A program made the position numbers and the translations under genes. A stretch of 64,000 nt of DNA. Source: Vicinamibacterales bacterium (lineage in GTDB: Bacteria > Acidobacteriota > Vicinamibacteria > Vicinamibacterales > UBA823). Below, one piece after another: positions 59,348 to 64,000 of the stretch. The stretch covers positions 788,558 through 852,557 of the forward strand of contig CBDANA010000009.1 of the NCBI GenBank assembly GCA_965197385.1. Direction: 5' to 3'. How positions within the stretch are numbered: position 1 is the first letter of the stretch; each line of letters starts with the position of its first letter. Under the pieces are notes generated by a model. It saw nothing but the letters and a program-made list of their open reading frames with translations, searched no databases and was not told the origin of the DNA.

Positions 59348-60795
59348 CAGAACCGCTCCGCCAGACCGGCCCGCTCGGCCGGATGGGCGCGATACGGACC
59401 CGGCACCTCGCCGCACAACCGAGGCGTCGGAAAGATCTTTCCCGGATTGCACAGCCCGGCCGGATCGAACGCGCATCGCAGCCGCTGCATCGTGTCGAGG
59501 TCGACCTCGCTGAACATCTTCAGCATCTGCGAGACCTTGTCCGCGCCCACCCCGTGCTCGCCGGTGATCGACCCGCCCGCCTCCACGCAGTAGGTCAGGA
59601 TCTCGGCACCGACCTGGGCGGCGAGCGCCGCCTGACCGTCCACCGACGCGTCGTAGCAGATCAGCGGATGCAAGTTGCCATCACCCGCGTGGAACACGTT
59701 GCCGATCCGCAGGCCGGACGTCGCCTCCAGTGCACGAATTCGCCTCAGTACCTCGGGCAGCTTCGTCCGGGGGATCACCCCGTCCTGGACGTAGTAGCTC
59801 GGCGACACCCGTCCCATTGCCGCGAAGGCCGCCTTGCGGCCGGTCCAGAACCTGCCGCGCTCCTCGGCATCTCGCGCCACCCGCACCTCAGTCGCGCCAC
59901 TGTCACGACAGATCGCGACGACCTCTCGAAATCGATCGTCGACCTCGGACTGCGGACCGTCCAGCTCGACGATCAAGACGGCCTCGGCCTGCGGGAAGCC
60001 GGGATGCACAGCCGCCTCCGCCGCCTCGATCGTCAGCCGGTCCATCATCTCGACGGCGGCCGGGATGATGCCGGCCGCGATGATCCCGGACACGGCCTCG
60101 CCGGCGCCATCGGTCGAGCCGAAGGCGGCCAGCAGCGTGCGAACCCGCTCCGGGACCACCAGCAACCGAAGGGTCACCTCGGTGACGACCGCCAGCGTGC
60201 CCTCTGAGCCGACGATCGCGCCCACGAGATCGAACCCGGGCGCATCCGGCACCGCGCCGCCGAAGCGGGCCCGTGAGCCGTCGGGCAGGACTACCTCGAG
60301 GCCGAGCACGTGGTGGACGGTGAATCCGTACTTGAGACAGTGCGCCCCGCCGGCGTTCTCCGCCACGTTGCCGCCGATCGAGCAGACCTGCTGGGACGAC
60401 GGGTCGGGCGCGTAGTACAGGCCGAACGGCGCCGCCCGGCGGCTGACCTCAAGGTTCGTGACCCCGGGCTGCACGACCATGCACCGGTTCGCCACGTCGA
60501 CGCTCAACACGCGATCGAGGCGCGTGAGCACCAGCAGCACGCCATCTTCGACCGGCAGCGCGCCCCCAGACAGCCCCGTGCCGTGACCGCGTGCGACGAA
60601 CGGCACGCCGGCTGCCCCGCACACCCGCACGACCTGCTGCACCTGCTCGACGGTCGACGGCAGTACGACGGCGCCCGGTACCGCACGCAGGTGCGTTAGC
60701 GCGTCGGACTCGTAGGTCAGACGATCCGGAAGATCGGTGACGAGCCCCGCCTCACCCACGGCGGACCTCAAGGCCTCGAGAAATCGCGTCTCCAT
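59347..60795 (-). CDS. glcD: glycolate oxidase subunit GlcD (FAD-linked oxidase)
   Basis: Motifs VPFVARGHGTGLSGGA, GGNVAENAGG, ITGEHGVG. Confidence 0.8.
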   Translation of the reverse strand: METRFLEALRSAVGEAGLVTDLPDRLTYESDALTHLRAVPGAVVLPSTVEQVQQVVRVCGAAGVPFVARGHGTGLSGGALPVEDGVLLVLTRLDRVLSVDVANRCMVVQPGVTNLEVSRRAAPFGLYYAPDPSSQQVCSIGGNVAENAGGAHCLKYGFTVHHVLGLEVVLPDGSRARFGGAVPDAPGFDLVGAIVGSEGTLAVVTEVTLRLLVVPERVRTLLAAFGSTDGAGEAVSGIIAAGIIPAAVEMMDRLTIEAAEAAVHPGFPQAEAVLIVELDGPQSEVDDRFREVVAICRDSGATEVRVARDAEERGRFWTGRKAAFAAMGRVSPSYYVQDGVIPRTKLPEVLRRIRALEATSGLRIGNVFHAGDGNLHPLICYDASVDGQAALAAQVGAEILTYCVEAGGSITGEHGVGADKVSQMLKMFSEVDLDTMQRLRCAFDPAGLCNPGKIFPTPRLCGEVPGPYRAHPAERAGLAERF

Positions 60796-60874
60796 GTCGA
60801 ACGACTAGATTTTGCTACCGCCGATCACGCCTTCCAACCGACGGCGCAGTCGGGCGGCGCCGGTCTGACGTCAC

Positions 60875-62236
60875 TCATTCCGACCGCTTGCCCGCGCGGT
60901 CGACCAGAGCGCGTAGGCCCTCGCTGATCTCGACGGGATAGGGCTCGGCGTTCCGCAGCCGCCTCACGCCGGCCGGCAGGCGCTCGACCGCCTGCCTGGA
61001 CGTGCGGCGCACCGCAGGGAGAGCGGGCGCCTCAGCCAACCGTCGCCCGCCGCGCATCACCGGCTGCAGCAGCGCCCGCCCCGACGGTGGTCCCGCTTCA
61101 TCCCGGCTGCCAACCAGGTCACGCACCGCCTGGCCGTCGGTCTCGACGCGCCACACCTGCTTGCGCCCCGGCCAGGTTGCTTTTCCGGGACTGCGCTTGG
61201 CTGTCGGCACCCACGCGCCGCCGCGTTCGATCTCCGAGAGCTTGTAGACGACGCTCAGCGCCGGCGCATCATGCGACGTGCTGAGCGCCGTGCCGACACC
61301 GAATCCGTCGATCGGTGCCCCGCCGGCCAACAACCGCTCGATGCGGTGCTCGTCGAGGTCGCCGCTGGCGAAGATCCGCGTTTTCGTGAGCCCGCCGTCG
61401 TCGAGAATCGACCGCACCGCCCGGCTGAGCGCAGCCAGGTCGCCGCTGTCCAGCCGCACCGCCGCCGGCGCGAGCCCGGCCCGCACGACCCGTCGCGCCG
61501 CCGCCAGGCTGTCGTAGGTGTCGAGCAGCAGCACGGTCTCGGCGCCGAACAGCTCCGCGTAGCTCCGGAACGCAGTCGCCTCGTCGGCATGCGCCATCAC
61601 CCACGAGTGCGCCATCGTGCCGGAGACCGAAATACCGAAGTGCCGCCCGGCCTCGAGATTCGACGTCGCTTCGCAGCCACCCACGAAGGCCGCCCGCGCC
61701 GCCGCCCACGCCGCATCTGGCCCGTGCGCACGTCGGCCCCCGAATTCGACCACCGGCCGTCCCCCGGCCGCCGCCACGACCCGCGCCGCCTTCGTCGCCA
61801 CCGACGTCTGGAACCCGAGGATCGCCAGAAGGGCCGTCTCGACGATCTGCGCTTCGGCGATCGACGCGGTCACCGTCAGGATCGGCTCCTCGGCGAACAC
61901 CGGCGTACCCTCCGACACGGCCCAGACCTCCCCGCAAAACCGAAACTCGGCCAGATAACGTTCGAAGAATTCATCATCGACGCCGGCCATCGCCGGGACC
62001 GACCGCAGGTAGGCTATCTCCTCCTGGGTAAAGCGCAGCGCCGACAGATGCGCCAGCACCTGCTCCAGCCCGGCGGCGACCAGGAACGATCGCTCGAAGG
62101 GCAGCTGTCGGACATACAGGTCGAACGTGGCGCGCCCATGCCCGCCGGCGACGTACCCGGCCGCCATCGTCAACTCGTAGAGATCGGTGGACAGGGCGGT
62201 AGGCATCACGAGGCTCTCGCCAGTAGCAAGGAGCAA
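60875..62236 (-). CDS. pncB: nicotinate phosphoribosyltransferase
   Basis: Motifs LSTDLYELTMAAGY, GTMAHSWV, RLDSGD. The start may be the second ATG (62206). Confidence 0.8.
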   Translation of the reverse strand: MLLATGESLVMPTALSTDLYELTMAAGYVAGGHGRATFDLYVRQLPFERSFLVAAGLEQVLAHLSALRFTQEEIAYLRSVPAMAGVDDEFFERYLAEFRFCGEVWAVSEGTPVFAEEPILTVTASIAEAQIVETALLAILGFQTSVATKAARVVAAAGGRPVVEFGGRRAHGPDAAWAAARAAFVGGCEATSNLEAGRHFGISVSGTMAHSWVMAHADEATAFRSYAELFGAETVLLLDTYDSLAAARRVVRAGLAPAAVRLDSGDLAALSRAVRSILDDGGLTKTRIFASGDLDEHRIERLLAGGAPIDGFGVGTALSTSHDAPALSVVYKLSEIERGGAWVPTAKRSPGKATWPGRKQVWRVETDGQAVRDLVGSRDEAGPPSGRALLQPVMRGGRRLAEAPALPAVRRTSRQAVERLPAGVRRLRNAEPYPVEISEGLRALVDRAGKRSE

Positions 62237-62247
62237 GGAGCCAGCTG

Positions 62248-63360
62248 CTAGTGTGCTGTCTCTAACGCTTCTTTACAATGGCGCACCTTTCGGAGAATCG
62301 TGGCCGCGGGCGCCGTCCAAATGAAGGGCTCGGCCGAGCGGTTGTGGTGCGTCACATACTCTTCGATGGCACGAATCAGATCCGGCAGGCTCCGGAACGT
62401 GCCGCGGCGAATCCGTTTCCGAGTGATCTCCGCGAACCAGCGCTCGATCAAGTTGAGCCACGAGGCGCTTGTGGGGACGAAGTGACGGTAGTAGCGCGGG
62501 TGATCAGCGAACCACTGTTCGACTTTCGGATGCGTGTGCGTGCCGTAGTTGTCGAGAATGAGATGGATATCGCGCCGCTTGGGGACTGCGCGATGCAGCT
62601 GATTCAAGAAGGCCAGGAACTCCGTGTGCCGTTTCCGCGGCGCACACCGCGCGAGGACGGTGCCATCCAAGACGTTCAGCGCCGTAAACAGGTTTGTCGT
62701 GCCGTGACGGATATAGTCGTGCGTCTGGCGCGCGGGAATGCCCCTTCGCAACGGGAGCACCGGCGCGGTTCGATCCAGGGCCTGCACCTGCGGTTTCTCA
62801 TCGACACAAAAGACCAAGGCGTTGTCGGGCGGATGGAGGTAGACGCCCACGACATCCCGCAACTTCTTCACGAAGTTGGGATCGCGGCTGAGTTTGAAGG
62901 TTTCGACGCGATGCGGCTGCAACCCATGCGCGCGCCAGATGCGATGGACCACCGCGTGGCTGAGCCCTTGCGCCTTCGCCATCGTCCGCACGCTCCAGTG
63001 CGTCGCATCGGGCGGCGTCGTCTGCAAGGTCGCGTCGACCACGGCCGCGATGGCCTGGGCCGTCAGCGCGGGGCGTCGACCTGGCCGTGGGGCATCCTTC
63101 ATCAGGCCGAGCACGCCGACCTGCTGAAAGCGACGCCGCCACAGGTACACCGTCGGCCGGCTCACCCCGAACTCTTTCGCAATCGCATTAATGGGTTTGC
63201 CCTCACTCGCCGCGAGCACAATCATCGCGCGTGCCGACACGCGCTGCGGCGTCTTGCCGCTGCGCACCAGTGCCTCGAGCCCCGTGCGTTGCACCCGTGT
63301 AAGGGCCAATGCCTTCGCAGGGTTCCACATGCTGCGCACCATACGCCTTCTGTGGTACAT
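62248..63360 (-). CDS. IS630-family (Tc1/mariner-like) DDE transposase
   Basis: HTH region (INAIAKEFGVSRPTVYLWRRRF), DDE region (VFCVDEKPQVQAL...LILDNYGTHTH...SWLNLIERWF). Confidence 0.9.
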   Translation of the reverse strand: MYHRRRMVRSMWNPAKALALTRVQRTGLEALVRSGKTPQRVSARAMIVLAASEGKPINAIAKEFGVSRPTVYLWRRRFQQVGVLGLMKDAPRPGRRPALTAQAIAAVVDATLQTTPPDATHWSVRTMAKAQGLSHAVVHRIWRAHGLQPHRVETFKLSRDPNFVKKLRDVVGVYLHPPDNALVFCVDEKPQVQALDRTAPVLPLRRGIPARQTHDYIRHGTTNLFTALNVLDGTVLARCAPRKRHTEFLAFLNQLHRAVPKRRDIHLILDNYGTHTHPKVEQWFADHPRYYRHFVPTSASWLNLIERWFAEITRKRIRRGTFRSLPDLIRAIEEYVTHHNRSAEPFIWTAPAATILRKVRHCKEALETAH

Positions 63361-63384
63361 TGTAAAGCTATTTACGTGACGCTA
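62249..63384 (-). mobile_element. IS630-family insertion sequence (TA-flanked)
   Basis: About 1.14 kb. Imperfect IRs share ...CTTTACAATG at both ends, with TA at 62249-50 and 63383-84. It lies 12 nt from the pncB start region. Confidence 0.7.
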
Positions 63385-63515
63385 CGCTGGGGGTTAGACT
63401 CGGATTTCCGATTTGGCTATGGTACCGTATCGGCAGGCCAGTCGCCGCGCCTTGATTTCCGGGGCTCCGACGCAAGGAACCCCGCCACGGAGGGTGACAC
63501 CCTGTGGGTGAATGA

Positions 63516-64000
63516 CAGCACGAGGCGTTTCAGTTCACGTTCAATGGCTTTCTGAAGGTCGCATTCCAGGGGTCGCGCATCACCTCCGACGCCGGTCTCC
63601 TTCTGGTGCGCGAGTTGGATGAACGCCTGGGGCTGGCGACACTCATCGCCGAGCACCTGAGCGACTCCCGACAGGGCTTGCACACCCAGTTCAGCCTGGC
63701 GGATCTCCTGCGACAGTCGGTCTACAGTCGGCTCGCGGGCTACGAAGACCTGAACGATGCGGTGCGCGTGTCGGCGGACCCGACGTTTCGTCTCATCGGG
63801 GCGCCAACGCTCTGGGACCGCGGTGGCGCGCTGACCTCGCCGCTGCATTGGTTCGAGACTGAGCTGCTGACCCGAGAGGAGAAGCTCGTCGGGCTGATGG
63901 CCGTGAACCGGGAGGTGCTCGCACAGGCTGAGATGCCAACGCGCGCCGGCCGGATTGTGCTCGACATGGATTCGAGTGAGAGCCCGGTGCATGGGGCGCA
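63516..64000 (+). mobile_element. IS1380-family transposase gene, partial (runs off the window)
   Basis: By-eye translation: FQGSRITSDAGLLLVRELDERLGL...RQSVYSRLAGYEDLNDAVRVSADPTF...VLDMDSSESPVHG is typical of IS1380 transposases. No clean start codon is in frame; ATG 63513 is one frame off. Confidence 0.65.

Overview
High-GC (about 68-70%) bacterial chromosomal window. The gene content (DUF1588/DUF1552 pair, Tat/lipoprotein amidohydrolases, LysW pathway) suggests an Acidobacteriota- or Gemmatimonadota-like soil organism; this is inference only. About 60 protein genes are mostly housekeeping or metabolic: a complete lysW-lysX-lysY-lysZ-lysJ-lysK carrier-protein amino-acid biosynthesis cluster, purA, rnc, msrB, cutA, ftsB, initiator tRNA-fMet, zwf-gnd-pgi, glcDEF, pncB, a sirtuin, and a CBS plus cystathionine gamma-lyase/synthase pair. 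I found no recognisable defence island, CRISPR array, prophage or rRNA. Three things do not fit ordinary annotation. (1) A previously unannotated family of CTAG-anchored palindromic/MITE-like repeats has at least 9 copies in two size classes. Their termini resemble the inverted repeats of a resident IS5-family element, and several supply stop codons or C-terminal residues of flanking genes. (2) The mobile load is heavy: two near-identical inverted IS5-family copies bracket 23.8 kb, and there is a 5'-truncated IS3 next to the tRNA, an IS630, and a partial IS1380 at the window edge. (3) Disrupted genes are unusually dense: five single in-frame stops (3 TAG, 1 TAA, 1 TGA), several clustered frameshifts, and truncation junctions. 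This means either real genome decay or consensus errors, and I cannot tell which from the sequence alone. CDS coordinates follow the supplied ORF track. Features located by eye (repeats, hairpins, IS ends) may be off by 1-3 nt. All family assignments come from motif recognition, not database searches.
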